From a virus, in the IMG/VR virus record IMGVR_UViG_3300005747_000012, positions 32,001 through 96,000 of that record: a stretch of 64,000 bases of DNA; one strand, written 5' to 3'. The notes under the pieces were generated by a model, which saw nothing but the letters and a program-made list of their open reading frames with translations, made no database searches and was not told where the DNA came from. Shown here in pieces: positions 30,232 through 40,348 of this stretch (the first letter of the stretch is position 1; each line of letters opens with the position of its first letter). The position numbers and the translations under genes are program-made.

Positions 30232-30235
30232 ACTT

Positions 30236-30245
30236 TATAATATCA
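30236..30245 (-). promoter_or_regulatory. TGATATTATA extended -10 motif
   Basis: Same 10-mer at 35450, 42610, 47128, 49881, 52224, 55740 and 62448, each shortly upstream of a - strand start. Confidence 0.6.
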
Positions 30246-31028
30246 CGCTTTTTTATTGTAATCTTCTATTCCAATAAGAATGTCTTCAGGATTTGCATTG
30301 TAAAGGCATTTTCTTGGGTCAACATCTGTTTCTTCAATATCTTTTTTTGTTAAAAAAGAACCTTTAATGTACACAACCCTAACTATTTGATTTTGTTTAT
30401 TTAAAAAACTTAGTTTACCTTTTGCATTGTTTTCTTTTACTAACTTTTTAAAATTAGATTCTGTAATTTTTTTGTAACCATAAACTTCAGGATAACTATA
30501 TAGCTCTCTATCAGTAGGGTTTCTTCGGGGATCACCAATGTAAAATTTTTTAATTGATTTTGTACCTCTAATGTTTGTATTTTTATTTTTGCAAAATTTA
30601 GCTACTTCTTGAAGCCTTTGGTTTAAAAATTTAGATAGATTGTAACATTCTTTTAAAAACACATCTTTTTCTTTTGGCTCAGAATTTTCACTATATTTTT
30701 TCTTGTGTTGTTTTCTGAACTTTTCCATTTTGTCAGGGTTTTCATAAAGGCCGTCCATGGAAATAAAAGATACGGTGTTTACACGCCCTACATTTCTAAG
30801 GTCTTCCATTTCAAAACCTACTATTTTAAATACCTCAATATTTCTTAAATAAATTTTGTCTGAAATATTACAGATCATTTTTTCAAATTTAGCCAATCTT
30901 TTAGGTTTTGGATTGGTTGACTTTCTAAAATATCTATGTCTCATATAGATAAGTTCAAAATGGTCACTTGTATTTAACTTGATTTCATCTAGTTCTGGAT
31001 TGTCTAGCTGTCTTATTAATTTAGTCAT
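30243..31028 (-). CDS. Hypothetical basic protein
   Basis: 261 aa with AAGGA RBS. Confidence 0.65.
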   Translation of the reverse strand: MTKLIRQLDNPELDEIKLNTSDHFELIYMRHRYFRKSTNPKPKRLAKFEKMICNISDKIYLRNIEVFKIVGFEMEDLRNVGRVNTVSFISMDGLYENPDKMEKFRKQHKKKYSENSEPKEKDVFLKECYNLSKFLNQRLQEVAKFCKNKNTNIRGTKSIKKFYIGDPRRNPTDRELYSYPEVYGYKKITESNFKKLVKENNAKGKLSFLNKQNQIVRVVYIKGSFLTKKDIEETDVDPRKCLYNANPEDILIGIEDYNKKA

Positions 31029-31047
31029 TAGTTTTTCCTTTTTTTAA

Positions 31048-31282
31048 TGGTCGTTTATCAGGGATTCAAACCCTGTCTATAAGTCACCGGCCTATTCTGA
31101 CTACATGACCATGGTGCGGCTTCGGGTTTCTCACTACCCTCCAAGCTAGGCGAATTTAAAGAGTCTAAACCCACATCCTCTTTTGGTCTCTCCCTCAACA
31201 GCTTAGAGACTTTCCTAGTGTTCAAGTTGGCACACGCTCTAAAAGCCAAGTTGGTGTTTATATAGCGTCCCGTACATAACGC
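31048..31282 (-). ncRNA. GC-rich structured region of tandem tRNA-like units
   Basis: ACCA ends at 31252, 31184, 31112 and 31048; T-arm-like CAGGG-TTTGAAT-CCCTG; acceptor-like GTGGGTT/AAGCCGC; further hairpins GTCTCT/AGAGAC and TTGGC/GCCAA. Confidence 0.55.
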
Positions 31283-31290
31283 TTTATTGT

Positions 31291-31539
31291 TTAAGAATAT
31301 TTTATTTTTGAATATTCCAAATCAAATTCTTCAAATTTATCAAGCATACCTACAATATCATTTTTTGTATAACCTTCTTCAATAAGATTAAAAAGTGCTC
31401 TTATATGCAAATTTAAATCCATATGATCGTGAAAATCTACATTTTCTTCTTTAGTCAAAGGCTCATTTTTTTTAAGCTTTCCATCAATTTGTATTTGAGC
31501 TTTGGTTAATCTAACAAAATCATCTACAAGTTTTGACAT
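31291..31539 (-). CDS. Hypothetical protein
   Basis: 82 aa, AGGAG RBS. Confidence 0.65.
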   Translation of the reverse strand: MSKLVDDFVRLTKAQIQIDGKLKKNEPLTKEENVDFHDHMDLNLHIRALFNLIEEGYTKNDIVGMLDKFEEFDLEYSKIKYS

Positions 31540-31549
31540 ATTTTTCTCC

Positions 31550-32590
31550 TTATTGATCCATCATTTTAACTTGATCTAAAATGCGCTCACCCAAGTAGGG
31601 GTCTTCTTTAATGGCTTGAGCCATTGCATTTTTACCATTATATGTCTCGCCTTCGTATGTATAAGTTCTATTATTAGGCCTATCAATTACGCCGGTATTT
31701 ACACCCAGCTCAAAAATTTCCTCATGCTGATTTATAAAACCTCTTTTGTAATCTAAAGTAACCTTGGCAGTTCGACCAGCTTGACCAACTGAATTCTGTT
31801 CCATTTTAACATAAATTTTATGTCCTGTCACGGCTTTGTTCCCTCTAGCATCCTTAATATTTCCTTCAAAAGAATTGCCAGCTAGGTCTTTTTTGTCATC
31901 AGCAGAACCAGCACGTTTTACAGATAGAAAAAACTCATGATTGTGTTCACAAGCTTTTGGAACTGCGGCCTTAGTGTCTGGCCCATACATAGCTCCAATA
32001 TTCATTCTAATTTGTGCTACAGTAATATATGTAATGTTATGTTTTTTAAAAAATGGAATTACCCTGTCTAAACCTCTGGTAATAGTCAAAGCTTTGTCGC
32101 CAATTAGGTGATCGCCTACCGACTTACCTTCGGCTTTAATACCACCAATAGCAGTAAGTGAGTCAATAACAACCATTTTTAGCGGCATACCATCTTGAAC
32201 CATTGCCTGAACATCTTCGGCTAGATAATCAAAAATATCCCTTGGGTCACTGGTGTCGTACATGACAATTCTTTCAGGGTCAATGTTTCCAAAGAAACCT
32301 TTTTGGAATTTACCTTTGTATTCTGTGGAAAAATACATTACAATACCTTCACCATCATCCTCATGCAATTGACCTGCAATAGCCTGTGATAACAAAGACT
32401 TACCAGCTTTTGGTTCTGAGTAAAGTAGAACGCCAGAGCCTTTGGGAATACCATGGGATTTATTTGCAAAAATCCAGTTAATATAAGGGCTTGGTGTATA
32501 TACACAATTTTCAATAGCAAATGCATCGTAATCATTTTCTACGGCAGCATCGTGTTTTCTTAGCTGTTTAAGCCATTTATTTTCAGCCAT
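31550..32590 (-). CDS. recA: RecA/UvsX-like recombinase
   Basis: 'GIPKG', Walker A 'SEPKAGKS', 'VVIDSL', 'AQIRMNIGAMYG', C-terminal 'YNGKNAM'. Confidence 0.88.
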   Translation of the reverse strand: MAENKWLKQLRKHDAAVENDYDAFAIENCVYTPSPYINWIFANKSHGIPKGSGVLLYSEPKAGKSLLSQAIAGQLHEDDGEGIVMYFSTEYKGKFQKGFFGNIDPERIVMYDTSDPRDIFDYLAEDVQAMVQDGMPLKMVVIDSLTAIGGIKAEGKSVGDHLIGDKALTITRGLDRVIPFFKKHNITYITVAQIRMNIGAMYGPDTKAAVPKACEHNHEFFLSVKRAGSADDKKDLAGNSFEGNIKDARGNKAVTGHKIYVKMEQNSVGQAGRTAKVTLDYKRGFINQHEEIFELGVNTGVIDRPNNRTYTYEGETYNGKNAMAQAIKEDPYLGERILDQVKMMDQ

Positions 32591-32813
32591 TATGGAACCC
32601 CCTGCTAATTATTTTTTTTCGCATTCTGTAATAATGTAGATTTTTATTAACAATTTGAGATCGTACAGATTCTTGTGGAATCAAAACACCTCTACTGTTT
32701 GTAAAGTAAACAATTTTTCTAACGGGATTAATTCTTGAATATTCTTTTTGTCTTAGGTTTTCTTTTGTCATTAAAAGACTTTTTCTAAGCTCTCTAGCTT
32801 TTCTTGCGTTCAT
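32583..32813 (-). CDS. Small basic hypothetical protein
   Basis: 76 aa, GAGG RBS. Confidence 0.6.
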   Translation of the reverse strand: MNARKARELRKSLLMTKENLRQKEYSRINPVRKIVYFTNSRGVLIPQESVRSQIVNKNLHYYRMRKKIISRGFHNG

Positions 32814-32822
32814 AATTTACCT

Positions 32823-33314
32823 CTATTGTCCATAATTACCGTTCCTAATAATGTAATCCATTTGTTTTTTTAAAAACCTTGAAGTATTTTCCATTATTTT
32901 CATGTGACTTTCAAAATGCTCTAACATTGCTTCAAGTTTGTTAAGATGCTCATTTGCCGCTACATAATCGGAATTTTTTGTCATTACAGCTTTTCTAAAA
33001 TCAGCATTGTTAGCACTTTTTGGTAATTCCTCAAGTAATTTAGGAATTTCTTCTAGAATAATATCGGCCTTAACTTCTTCAATGTTTTGTCTTGCTTTTT
33101 TTATAGCATCACCAACAGCAATGGCATTTCTTTTAGATTCACGCCATGCTTCCTGAAAACAAAGTTCAAGATTTGAATATTGTGCTGGCACAATATTTTT
33201 AGCTTCATGAAATCTAGACATAGCTGTTTCCCATCCAGATGTGCTTAATTTAAGCTCTGGGCAATGTCTAAAAGCAGGGACGACAAGTGCCGCCCCACTA
33301 TTTTCTTGCGTCAT
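32823..33314 (-). CDS. Coiled-coil protein, possible UvsY-like recombination mediator
   Basis: Helical; 'NADFRKAVMTKNSDY'; sits between SSB and RecA. Confidence 0.45.
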   Translation of the reverse strand: MTQENSGAALVVPAFRHCPELKLSTSGWETAMSRFHEAKNIVPAQYSNLELCFQEAWRESKRNAIAVGDAIKKARQNIEEVKADIILEEIPKLLEELPKSANNADFRKAVMTKNSDYVAANEHLNKLEAMLEHFESHMKIMENTSRFLKKQMDYIIRNGNYGQ

Positions 33315-34345
33315 TAGTAGTCGCCTTGCTCAATCTTTTTGAAAAAGTCTTCTTCACTCATGCCGGAAACACTATTGGTTGGCGCAACAACTGTTTCTAC
33401 CTGAGCTGTTGTTTGAGGTGTAATTTCTCCAGTAGTGACGTTTACAACCTCATTGTTTACCTGCATTTGATTTGCATTTGTTACACTTGGAGTTGGAGCT
33501 ACTTCTGTTTGAGTAAAGGTGGAAACAGAATTTGTTTCTGTTTTATCTTGTGTTTTTCTGCCAAGAATTTCGTCTACAGCAACAGCACCTTCGTTTACAA
33601 TCCTTGCTTCTTGCTCCGCAGTTACCGTAGGGTACACTTTGTTTAGTTCAAATGCGTCAGTTTCAAGCTTGTTAAGAAGTTTTTCGTCAACACTATGGTT
33701 GAACGTAACATCGGCAACAATTTTATCGCCATTTGGCCCTATCATTTCTTGTTTTTGCTTATACTCTTGAACAGTATAAACAGTATCTCTACCTTTACCT
33801 GAGCGTGAAAAAACAAAAAACCTGCCATTTTCAATACCTACAGGCTCAACACCGTCAGTTTTTCTAATTCTATCAATTTCAGCTTTTAAAGCTTGATATC
33901 CTCTGTGACCAATTTTAAACAGCCCAACATTGCCTTGCAAATCAACTGCATTCATGTAATGTTTTGCATCTTGATTATATTTTCTAAGCAGTGTATTGCA
34001 TTCTTCTTGCGTTGCCAAATCCCCAGAAGCTTTAGCTGCTTCCATTTTTGTTTTTAGTTGCTCACGACGAATATGTGATTGAGATTCAACCTCTACCATC
34101 CCGTCATAGTTTACAACTCTAGGTGACAAAAATGGTTTCATTCTACCATCAGTTCCAGTGTGTCCAAATTCAACTCTGTGATAAACAGACCACTTACCAG
34201 ACTCAGCCAATTCCCCCATGGGCGGCAAAATTCTTAGGGTAAAAGTGTTTTGATCTTTTCTAAAAGCAAAATAATTTTTGGTATTTTGCTCATGTTTTGG
34301 TTTTCCAAGTTTCATAGCCATTCTCCTTTTATGCATTAGCGGCAA
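33314..34345 (-). CDS. gp32-like single-stranded DNA-binding protein (start probably ~34321)
   Basis: 'LRILPP', 'HYMNAVD', 'GRFFVFSRSGKGRDTVYTV', acidic C-terminal tail. Confidence 0.75.
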   Translation of the reverse strand: MPLMHKRRMAMKLGKPKHEQNTKNYFAFRKDQNTFTLRILPPMGELAESGKWSVYHRVEFGHTGTDGRMKPFLSPRVVNYDGMVEVESQSHIRREQLKTKMEAAKASGDLATQEECNTLLRKYNQDAKHYMNAVDLQGNVGLFKIGHRGYQALKAEIDRIRKTDGVEPVGIENGRFFVFSRSGKGRDTVYTVQEYKQKQEMIGPNGDKIVADVTFNHSVDEKLLNKLETDAFELNKVYPTVTAEQEARIVNEGAVAVDEILGRKTQDKTETNSVSTFTQTEVAPTPSVTNANQMQVNNEVVNVTTGEITPQTTAQVETVVAPTNSVSGMSEEDFFKKIEQGDY

Positions 34346-35093
34346 TTTCTTTTAGGGCATCCCCAACACTTGTTTCATTAACTTCTGATATAGAAGATAA
34401 AGGGTTAATATTATTATTATTTGTTTCTCCTGCTACAACCATGACAACTCTAGGGTTGATTGTTCTTATGCTTGTAGCAATATTTAGTAGAAAATTCTCA
34501 TCTTTACTTCTTAGCAAAATTGGTACAACTCTTGATTTATATTCTTTGTTAACAGCTTCTTTAGAAACTTTCTCCAAGGCATCAAGACCTACCACTTCAC
34601 CGCCAACCGAATCATTAATAGCATCTTTTAAAATATCAACCATTTCAGCTTTTGTTTTTACAAACTTAGAATATTTAGATGAAAACGTCAAAGAATTATA
34701 CGATACAACATCTAGATTTTTCATTTTATCTTCTAAAACATTGCCGGCAATGTCAAACACTGATGAATTTAAATTTTTATCTTTATAAAGCTCAGGGCTT
34801 AATTGGTCAACAATTTCTTGATAAAAAGACTTGGCATCAATATTAAAACACTCAAATTTATCTTGAGCAATATCGGCAAATTCATCAGAATGACTACCAG
34901 TTACCAAAATAAACACTGCATTTTTAAGCACTTGATTTTTGTAATCAACATATAACGATTCAAGATTTTCCTTAGCCCGATCAACCTGCCCTTTTTTATA
35001 AGGATAAGCTCTAGGGCTTATAGTGTTTAGATCGGTTTCTGCAATCTTTTTTTCTTCATTAATTTTTGTCAAAATTTCTTTAAAACTCATCAC
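34329..35093 (-). CDS. Hypothetical protein
   Basis: 254 aa, AGGAG RBS, TAGTATAAT upstream. Confidence 0.65.
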   Translation of the reverse strand: MMSFKEILTKINEEKKIAETDLNTISPRAYPYKKGQVDRAKENLESLYVDYKNQVLKNAVFILVTGSHSDEFADIAQDKFECFNIDAKSFYQEIVDQLSPELYKDKNLNSSVFDIAGNVLEDKMKNLDVVSYNSLTFSSKYSKFVKTKAEMVDILKDAINDSVGGEVVGLDALEKVSKEAVNKEYKSRVVPILLRSKDENFLLNIATSIRTINPRVVMVVAGETNNNNINPLSSISEVNETSVGDALKEIAANA

Positions 35094-35194
35094 ATCTCCT
35101 TTAAAGATATATTATACTAACATAAACAGCCAACATATAAAACAAAAAAATCACGCTACATAAAAGAAAAGCACTAAAAAAAAGAGCAATTTCT

Positions 35195-35428
35195 TTAAAT
35201 AAGCTTAAAATATTTTTGAAAATCTTCTTCATCTGTATATTTGTTTTTCATTTCTTCCATTTCAGCTACGCCTTTTTCACTGACTGGAAAATTTTTTTCA
35301 GCTATAAACCTGTCTTTCATGTAGTTAATTTCAAACACATAAGAACTCTCATCCATTTTTATGTAAATATTTAAATAACATTTATTTGGAACAACTTCAA
35401 TTTCTTCTAATTTATTTTTAAAGATCAA
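35195..35428 (-). CDS. Hypothetical protein
   Basis: TTG start with AGGAG RBS and TGATATTATA promoter motif. Confidence 0.6.
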   Translation of the reverse strand: MIFKNKLEEIEVVPNKCYLNIYIKMDESSYVFEINYMKDRFIAEKNFPVSEKGVAEMEEMKNKYTDEEDFQKYFKLI

Positions 35429-35468
35429 TTTAAATCTCCTGTTTAAAACTATAATATCATAGTTTTTA

Positions 35469-38400
35469 TTAAACTAAAACCTCTTCCACAATTACACTGT
35501 CAATGTTGGTGTGATACCTTTCCCTTCCCATCTTTCGATGCATAAACAGAAAAATTACAGAATTCTTTTTTAAATTTTCTGGATATTCAAGTATTCCAGT
35601 GTCATAATCTGGCCAAATTACAAATTCTTCTAAATGACCGTCTACATCAACATTCATTTTTAAAGCTTTCTTCTCTCTATTTGGCCCGTAAGAAAACTCC
35701 TTGCTTTCAACAACATACCCAGCAACACAAAAGGTAATTACCTGTCTGCTATCTTGCTCAACTGGCAATTCTTTTATCTTCTGATAGGTCTTACCATTGA
35801 TCATACGTGTTTCTTTACCACATTCACTCATTGCATAAACTGAAGTTCCAGTATCAATAATTTTTACATTGTTTGAATTTTCTTTAATAATATCATGTAA
35901 TACCATAGGCATTGTTGGGAAAATTGATTTTTTTAATATGTAATCTTTCATTGGGTTCATGAAAGCATATTTCATATCAATAACACCTTTTCTAATTTCA
36001 TGTTTGCAACGTCTTGTTTTGGGATGTTTTTTAGCAGCTTCAATAAATTTCTCAAGTGGTTGATTTAGCACAATCTCACCCTCAGATTTTTCAAAAATCT
36101 TTTTTTTGTATTTCCAAACCTCTACAGCATCTTTATATGCCTGCATTTTTTCCATTAAATTCATTTTTGAATCAAATAAACTATCCAAAACCCCGATGTG
36201 GGTAAGTTTTTCAGCAAGAGCTGTGCCAAGAACTTCTTTTTCAACTAACTCATTTATATTAGCATATGGGCGATTTTCTGTAATTTTATTTGCCGCTTTT
36301 TCACCTAAACCTCTTAATACAGATAGTTTATTTCTAATCGTACCTGAATTATAATCAATAACCATTTCTTCTTTTGATAAATTGATGTCTGGTGGCGATA
36401 AAATATTTCTGACATAAGGCCATAAAATTTCAGTAATTTCTTTTTCCTCTGCATTAGAAAGAACAGCCGCCCACCATTCAAGGGGGTAATGATATTTTAA
36501 ATAAGCACATGCGTATGCAACCATAGAATAAGCAACAGCATGAGATTTGTTAAAGCCGTATCGACCAAACTTTTCAATCATAGCCCAAATAGTTTCGGCA
36601 GTATAAGTGTCAACCCTACCGGTTGCTGCTGATGCTTCGATAAACTGAGGTTTTAATTCCTCAATCATTCTCAGCTTTTTCTTACCAACGGCAATACGCA
36701 CATCTTCAGCTTTTTCGTCATCCCAGCCAGTAAGTTCTTTTGTAATTTTAGTAATTTGTTCCTGATAAACCATAACACCGTAAGTCTCAGGAAGAAGCTC
36801 GTCAAGAATAGGAATCTCACCTTTACTTCTACCATGCCTACGCTCAACATATTCTTGAGCCATGTTTCTACCAGTTCTTTCGTCAACAAATTCAAGAGGT
36901 CCCGGCCTGACAAGCGATGTAACAACAGCACAGTCTTCAACAGACCGTGGTTTCATGTCAATAACATAAGGTGTAACTGATGTGGTGTTAAGCTGGAATA
37001 CGGTTTCAGTTTTACCCTCGCCAAGCATGTCAAATACTTCTGGCTCTTCTGGCAAATCCCAAATGTAAACACTGTCGCCTTTATGAAAAAAATGTCCCGA
37101 TTCTAATTTTCCAACATTTCCATTTTTATAATAATTTTTTTTGTTAATATTTTCAATTGCAAGTTGAATGTCATTTAAAACTTTAATAATAAGAAAATCA
37201 TATTTTATAAGACCTGCTTCTTCTACTTCCTTTGCTTCATATTGGGTAATATTTTCATGTCCACTAACTTTCATAATTGGAATAATGTCAGTTAGCAATT
37301 TGTTTGAAATAACAAAAGCAGATGCATGTCTTCCATTTTGCCTAGAAATACCTAGTGTTCTTTTTACAATTTCCCATTCTTTAGGCCTTTCTTGGGTATA
37401 AGCTTTTAATTTTTCGTCTTTATCAAGCAATCCAGCTACGTGATTTCCTTCATTATCTTCATATCCAAAAACAAAATCGGCATCAGAAATACCTTGCGGT
37501 GTAGCTTCAAGGTTTTTGGCAAATCTTTCTATTTCTTCTTCTACCTTGCCAAATTTAAAACGGTTTACATCTCTGATAGATGATTTAAGTTTCATAATAG
37601 TTCTGGTAGAAACTTGCGCCCATCTTTCATTATAATGAGTGTTAAAAAAACCATTTTTTTCAATTAACAAATCTCTTGAGTTAAGGTCAACATCAACATC
37701 TGGAAGGCTTCCTGATAAAATACGCCCAAGAGTTAAGAATCTAGAAAAATAAAGACCATATTTAATCGGGTCAATTTGGGTAATTCCCATACAGTACATA
37801 AGAAAAGAGCCGCCAGCCGAACCACGGGCAGGCCCTACAACCCTACCTTTTTCTTTGTAATAATTAATAATCCCACTAATAGGAAAGAAATATGGGAGTA
37901 GATCAATCTTGCCATTCCCATGAATTACCTTGATCTCATGTTGTAGACGTTCACGATGAATAGGATTAGATTCGTCAAATCTACCAACTTTTTTAATTAA
38001 ATCAAGCGTAGCTTTTAGATGGTTGTCATGTTCTTTTACAAGCTGATAGTCATATTTAAGTTCAAAATTGTCAAACTTTGACGCAAAATTATAACTATTT
38101 TGCACCATTTTTTCAATTTCTAATGTGTCATATACGTTACTTAAAACCGGTAGAACATCATTAATATTACATATATGGTGATTTGTATAAAGCTTAATTT
38201 CTTCACCAAGTTTTAAATCTTGAACCAGCTTATCATCTTTCTTGGCTAGATATGAGTAGTCATTAATAAGCATTGGTACTTTATATCTTTCACAAAAAGC
38301 TTTCATAAACTTATTGTAAGTTTCATAAACATCAGTACCCATTGATTTAAAATCTTTGTGATTACAAGCCGAAACAATATCTCTATTCACCTTGTACCCA

Positions 38401-39107
38401 ATTCCGTTTACATAAAGCTTTTTAATTGATTTATGCTTACCATGTTTATCAGCTACTTCTTTAAGTGACACCCTAAATGTTTTAGCATAGTCAGTTTCAG
38501 CCATAATTGTAGAGTCAAGCGTAACCGTTTCCCCATTAACAAATGTAAAAATACTAGAAGTAACCCACTTCTTGTCAAATTTCATTGGAATAATTGAGCC
38601 ATAAAAATTATTAGCAAAAGCTCCAGCCAATCTTTTAAATGTATTTAATGCAAGCTCATGCTCACCAATCAATAAATTTTTAGACACGACACACTGAGGC
38701 CCACCTACAACGGCAACAAAACCTTTTTCCGCAAACGCCTCAAGGTCTTTTATGTTAAATAGTGGATATTCTTGTTCAAGAATTTCAATAGTAGTACGAG
38801 TTTTATCTGACAATTGTTTTACAAGATATTGATATTGCTCTTGATTTCGAGCATGAAGAGTAATTGTATAGTATTTAATTTTACTACTAAGCGAATCATC
38901 TTTAACGTAAATCTCACAACCAAGAATAGGTTTAAGCCCTTTCTTTTTAGCTAGATTATATGCTTTAAGTGCATTGGTTAAATAGCCGTTGTCTGTGCAA
39001 ACATAGTAGCCAGTGCCAAGTTCTTTAAACTTATCTACCATAGCCTCTACGGTAGAGCCAGTTAAAAAACTAGAAGGGTGTGAATTTGGTGTTACAAAGT
39101 TTTTCAT
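35469..39107 (-). CDS. dnaE: DNA polymerase III alpha subunit
   Basis: PHP domain ('TDNG', 'KPILGCEIY'), 'GPARGSAGGS', catalytic 'PDVDVD', 'GRHASA', 'LIKYDFL', 'YGFNKSHAVAYS'. Confidence 0.97.
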   Translation of the reverse strand: MKNFVTPNSHPSSFLTGSTVEAMVDKFKELGTGYYVCTDNGYLTNALKAYNLAKKKGLKPILGCEIYVKDDSLSSKIKYYTITLHARNQEQYQYLVKQLSDKTRTTIEILEQEYPLFNIKDLEAFAEKGFVAVVGGPQCVVSKNLLIGEHELALNTFKRLAGAFANNFYGSIIPMKFDKKWVTSSIFTFVNGETVTLDSTIMAETDYAKTFRVSLKEVADKHGKHKSIKKLYVNGIGYKVNRDIVSACNHKDFKSMGTDVYETYNKFMKAFCERYKVPMLINDYSYLAKKDDKLVQDLKLGEEIKLYTNHHICNINDVLPVLSNVYDTLEIEKMVQNSYNFASKFDNFELKYDYQLVKEHDNHLKATLDLIKKVGRFDESNPIHRERLQHEIKVIHGNGKIDLLPYFFPISGIINYYKEKGRVVGPARGSAGGSFLMYCMGITQIDPIKYGLYFSRFLTLGRILSGSLPDVDVDLNSRDLLIEKNGFFNTHYNERWAQVSTRTIMKLKSSIRDVNRFKFGKVEEEIERFAKNLEATPQGISDADFVFGYEDNEGNHVAGLLDKDEKLKAYTQERPKEWEIVKRTLGISRQNGRHASAFVISNKLLTDIIPIMKVSGHENITQYEAKEVEEAGLIKYDFLIIKVLNDIQLAIENINKKNYYKNGNVGKLESGHFFHKGDSVYIWDLPEEPEVFDMLGEGKTETVFQLNTTSVTPYVIDMKPRSVEDCAVVTSLVRPGPLEFVDERTGRNMAQEYVERRHGRSKGEIPILDELLPETYGVMVYQEQITKITKELTGWDDEKAEDVRIAVGKKKLRMIEELKPQFIEASAATGRVDTYTAETIWAMIEKFGRYGFNKSHAVAYSMVAYACAYLKYHYPLEWWAAVLSNAEEKEITEILWPYVRNILSPPDINLSKEEMVIDYNSGTIRNKLSVLRGLGEKAANKITENRPYANINELVEKEVLGTALAEKLTHIGVLDSLFDSKMNLMEKMQAYKDAVEVWKYKKKIFEKSEGEIVLNQPLEKFIEAAKKHPKTRRCKHEIRKGVIDMKYAFMNPMKDYILKKSIFPTMPMVLHDIIKENSNNVKIIDTGTSVYAMSECGKETRMINGKTYQKIKELPVEQDSRQVITFCVAGYVVESKEFSYGPNREKKALKMNVDVDGHLEEFVIWPDYDTGILEYPENLKKNSVIFLFMHRKMGRERYHTNIDSVIVEEVLV

Positions 39108-39406
39108 TTATTCCTTAATTTAACTCTAACTGATCTTATATATTTCCACAAAAATTGCCTAACCCTTTCTCTTGTACAAGTTCCATATACAGAATGTATT
39201 AGTTCTAATTTGTCTATAGTAACAGTAGAATCGTATGCATACATATGAGCAATTTTCATACATTTACCTTTTATTGCCCATCTTTGATCTTTTTCAAAAT
39301 AGTATCGAACTAAAAATTTTGAAGGGAAGTCAAAATGGCTTGTGTATAAGTATAAATTATACTCAATAAATACCCTGATTGATTTCCACATATTTTTCAT
39401 TTTCAT
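39104..39406 (-). CDS. Hypothetical protein
   Basis: 100 aa, ATGA overlap with dnaE. Confidence 0.55.
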   Translation of the reverse strand: MKMKNMWKSIRVFIEYNLYLYTSHFDFPSKFLVRYYFEKDQRWAIKGKCMKIAHMYAYDSTVTIDKLELIHSVYGTCTRERVRQFLWKYIRSVRVKLRNK

Positions 39407-39413
39407 TTATTTC

Positions 39414-39488
39414 CTAAAAAATTAAATCTGCTATATAAATCATTGTTATTAAGATAATAGGAATTAATACTGGATACCATGCTTCCAT
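39414..39488 (-). CDS. 24-aa single-TM micro-protein
   Basis: MEAWYPVLIPIILITMIYIADLIF*; TAATG coupling and GAGG RBS. Confidence 0.5.
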   Translation of the reverse strand: MEAWYPVLIPIILITMIYIADLIF

Positions 39489-39712
39489 TATTTCACCTCT
39501 ACCTTTACAGCTCTCCAGTGTTTACAGTCATGCTCTCTTGTAGCTGCTCTTCTACAGTCTTCGTCAAGACATAAATGGCCTTTGCCAAAGTTATGTTCGC
39601 CTATGTTTTCTCTATGGTTGTCACACCACCAATGATATCTTTCAGTAATTACTGGATTACAGGCGACAATAAATAGCAAAAAAAACCCTATAAATTTACT
39701 CATCTTCATCAA
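39488..39712 (-). CDS. Small Cys/His-rich lipoprotein-like protein
   Basis: 'FFLLFIVAC' lipobox-like signal. Confidence 0.55.
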   Translation of the reverse strand: MMKMSKFIGFFLLFIVACNPVITERYHWWCDNHRENIGEHNFGKGHLCLDEDCRRAATREHDCKHWRAVKVEVK

Positions 39713-39956
39713 TATCCTTTAAGCATTTTTGCAATATATCTAGCATTTCTGTTTTATCTGGTTCTATTTCCCACAATTTATCTACACATTCACGCAGTTT
39801 TTTATTAATTGGCAATAGCTCCATATATCTAGTCTGAAACATTAGAATATCTTTTCTTAATTTTTTGTTTTCTACTTTAAGTTTTTCAATAATAGTTTTT
39901 TTGCGTTTATTATCCGTTTCAATTCTTTTAATATGTGCTTTTTGGAACTCATTCAT
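39696..39956 (-). CDS. Coiled-coil hypothetical protein
   Basis: 86 aa, overlapping neighbours. Confidence 0.55.
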   Translation of the reverse strand: MNEFQKAHIKRIETDNKRKKTIIEKLKVENKKLRKDILMFQTRYMELLPINKKLRECVDKLWEIEPDKTEMLDILQKCLKDIDEDE

Positions 39957-40266
39957 CTGTAAACTCCATCCTTGCTATTTCTTTTTTTAGATTTTTAACT
40001 CTACGTTTTAGCATAGCTAATAGCTTTTTTCTTTTCTTTCTGGGAAGTTTGATGCTGCGTATGTCATGGTAAGTTCCTATTTCATATCCCAAAAGATTCA
40101 TTTCAAAACTAAGCTTACTTCCAGACCTTGAACTTTCTACAAACTCTATTGTACTGCCTTTTTTAAACTCATACAGAGTTCCACTGTTTTTAAGAGTAGC
40201 TATTGATTTTAATATGCTTGAATATGTTAGTTCTTTACTCATCTTCCCACTCCCACTTATTTTCAT
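39949..40266 (-). CDS. Hypothetical basic protein (start probably MSKELTY, ~40242)
   Basis: ORF; 'KLPRKKRKK'. Confidence 0.5.
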   Translation of the reverse strand: MKISGSGKMSKELTYSSILKSIATLKNSGTLYEFKKGSTIEFVESSRSGSKLSFEMNLLGYEIGTYHDIRSIKLPRKKRKKLLAMLKRRVKNLKKEIARMEFTDE

Positions 40267-40321
40267 AATCTAAATATCCCCAATCGTCTTTTTTGCCTAC
40301 GTTTGTAAATGGCGGTATCAT
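40235..40321 (-). CDS. 28-aa micro-protein
   Basis: MIPPFTNVGKKDDWGYLDYENKWEWEDE*, preceded by the repeated leader AAAAGGATAAGATAGGT. Confidence 0.45.
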   Translation of the reverse strand: MIPPFTNVGKKDDWGYLDYENKWEWEDE

Positions 40322-40343
40322 ACCTATCTTATCCTTTTAACTA
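40315..40343. repeat. 29-bp direct repeat copy 1 (copy 2 at 40965-40993)
   Basis: GTATCA(T/C)ACCTATCTTATCCTTTTAACTA, one mismatch. Confidence 0.85.
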
Positions 40344-40348
40344 TTTTA

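Noticed and set aside
31058-31249. 63-aa ORF over the structured region
   Set aside because: TTG start, no RBS, atypical composition; RNA features explain the region better.
31048-31282. tmRNA or CRISPR mini-array
   Set aside because: No GGGG 5' end or G3-U70 acceptor, too short for tmRNA; only ACCA recurs, with no conserved repeat and no cas genes.
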